The translations under genes were made by a program, and so were the position numbers. The notes under the pieces were generated by a model. That model made no database searches and had not been told where the DNA came from. It saw nothing but the letters and a program-made list of their open reading frames with translations. DNA of 64,000 bases from the NCBI GenBank assembly GCA_963755715.1, contig CAVWLW010000023.1, forward strand, positions 11,396 to 75,395, read 5' to 3'. This DNA is from an uncultured delta proteobacterium (lineage in GTDB: Bacteria > Desulfobacterota > Binatia > UBA9968). Below are positions 62,533 to 64,000 of this stretch, piece by piece (position 1 is the stretch's first letter; each line of letters begins with the position of its first letter).

Positions 62533-64000
62533 CTGATATGGGGAGCATTTTGTTCAAGGGGGCAGAGTGAAGCGGCGGGCCGTAACCGTCGTTGCGGCCC
62601 GCCGCTTCGTTGTGGCCAGGTGAGTTCGCCGGTGGGTGTCGAGCGTGTCGATGCCGACGCGTTGTGCAGTATGACATGCGCGGGTTGGTTACCGCAGGAC
62701 CGTGGGTTCGAAGTCGGAGTTTGGCCGCTGGTCTAGAGATCGAGCGTGATCTGTTGCGGGGCAACGTGATTGCTCATAGAACTGGCGCGGATCACTCCGA
62801 GACGCTTACCCGACACCGTGGCTGGCTCACCTGGACGTTTGTGTGGGCGCCTGCTTGTCATCGAGGACTGCCAGCGACCAGGACCAGCCGGCCAGCTCAC
62901 GGGCGATCGCGGCGTTGGCGACCACCGGGCATTCTTGCGCTGATCGAAGCTGGCCCACCGGGTGTGCAGCCGATGGTTGGCGGCATGCCCCCGCTGACGT
63001 GCGGCCACGGTGGCGGCATCCAGCGGCGCCGCAGGTCGCGTCCTGGCCGATAAGTGCTGCGGTGATGCCAGGCCGCTTCGACCAGCAGACGCCGGGCATG
63101 GCTGTTGCCGGTCTTGGTGACCCCACCCTGGACCCGTGCCGTGCCCGAGGAGTACTCGCACGGCACCAAACCCAGGTAGGCGCCGATCGAGCGCCCGGTC
63201 AGCCGGTGCCAGTCGCCGATTTCGACAGCCAACCCGAACGCGGTCAGGGTCGACACCCCACGCAGGCAGCCCAACCGCGTCACGACCGGGGTGAACTCGG
63301 AATCGGCGGCCATCGCGGTGATGGCCTCATCGAGACGATCCCGGCGGTGCACACCAGCCACCATGGCATCCAACGCCGACTCATAGGCCAGCATCAGGGC
63401 CGGGCTGTCGAACCGCTGGGCGCGCAGCCACATCTCATGCTTACCAGTCCAAGCCTGCCCGCCGTAATAGACGATCCCCTGTCGCAGAAGCAGTTTCGAG
63501 ATCCGGTGCCGACTTGTCATTACATCCCCACGACAGTCTTCGCGTGCCCGCACCAGATCCCGGGCCGCCTCCTGGGCGACGGTGGGAATCCTGACCTCCA
63601 CGATCTGGCCCAGATGCAGCAGCCGGGCCAGATGCGCGGCATCTCGGGCGTCGGTCTTGACCCGATCCCCCGCCGGTCGCTGCAGCTTCGACGGTGCCGC
63701 CACCCGACAATCAATACCCGCACCGATCAGCGCCCGCGCCAGCCCGAATCCCGTCGGCCCCGCCTCATAGGTCACCGCCACCGGCGCCGGCAGATCAGCC
63801 AGCCATTCCAGGATCTCCCGGTGATCCGGAGTCAACCGGCGCTGGAACACCTCACCGGTGTCCCCATCAAGAGCACATCCGACGACCGAACGTGCGTGCA
63901 CATCCAAACCGATGCTCGTACGCTGAACCTTCACTGGGGCCTCCTACAACCGCACATCTTGTGGCTCTACCGGCCAGGACCTGATTCCCGTCGGCAACCC
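62533..64000 (-). mobile_element. IS110 family element (left end probably outside window)
   Basis: Transposase followed by about 290 nt of structured non-coding DNA ending in CCATATCAG with a TTGAAC -35-like box. Confidence 0.75.
62827..63934 (-). CDS. IS110 DEDD recombinase (frameshifts near the 3' end)
   Basis: GLDVH, YEAGPTG, VKTDARDA, YLGLVP.EYSSG, TKTGN..ARRLLVEAAW; last frame AIARELAGW. Confidence 0.92.

Noticed and set aside
1-64000. CRISPR array, tRNA or rRNA genes
   Set aside because: No regularly spaced direct repeats with unique spacers and no cas genes; the only tRNA-like ends belong to tmRNA

Overview
Bacterial chromosomal window in two parts. 1-41.8 kb is core genome: livHMGF, rhomboid, mgtE, RNase P RNA, a near-complete dcw cluster (mraZ to ftsZ, with an extra STAS gene and ddl displaced), mtnA, gshA, nagZ, panBC with a pan-motif-like leader, smpB and tmRNA. 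Gene content suggests a deltaproteobacteria-like lineage, possibly Candidatus Binatia (inference only). From the tmRNA 3' end (41.8 kb) there is a decaying accessory island. It has putative P4-type integrase arm repeats, a serine-recombinase relic, a HIT + HNH nuclease pair and three attC-like sites with no integrase in the window (CALIN-like). One cassette encodes a macrodomain-like + SEFIR/TIR fusion, the best candidate for an undescribed defence system. The island also has an HUH (RAYT) transposase with perfect 16-bp terminal inverted repeats, secreted proteins and pseudogenes. From about 60.2 kb the DNA looks actinobacterial (ISAzo13, LysM, IS110 with a long 3' non-coding end). Isolated frameshifts in housekeeping genes (ftsI, panC, livK) suggest sequencing indels. 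All calls come from motif recognition by eye; no searches were run.
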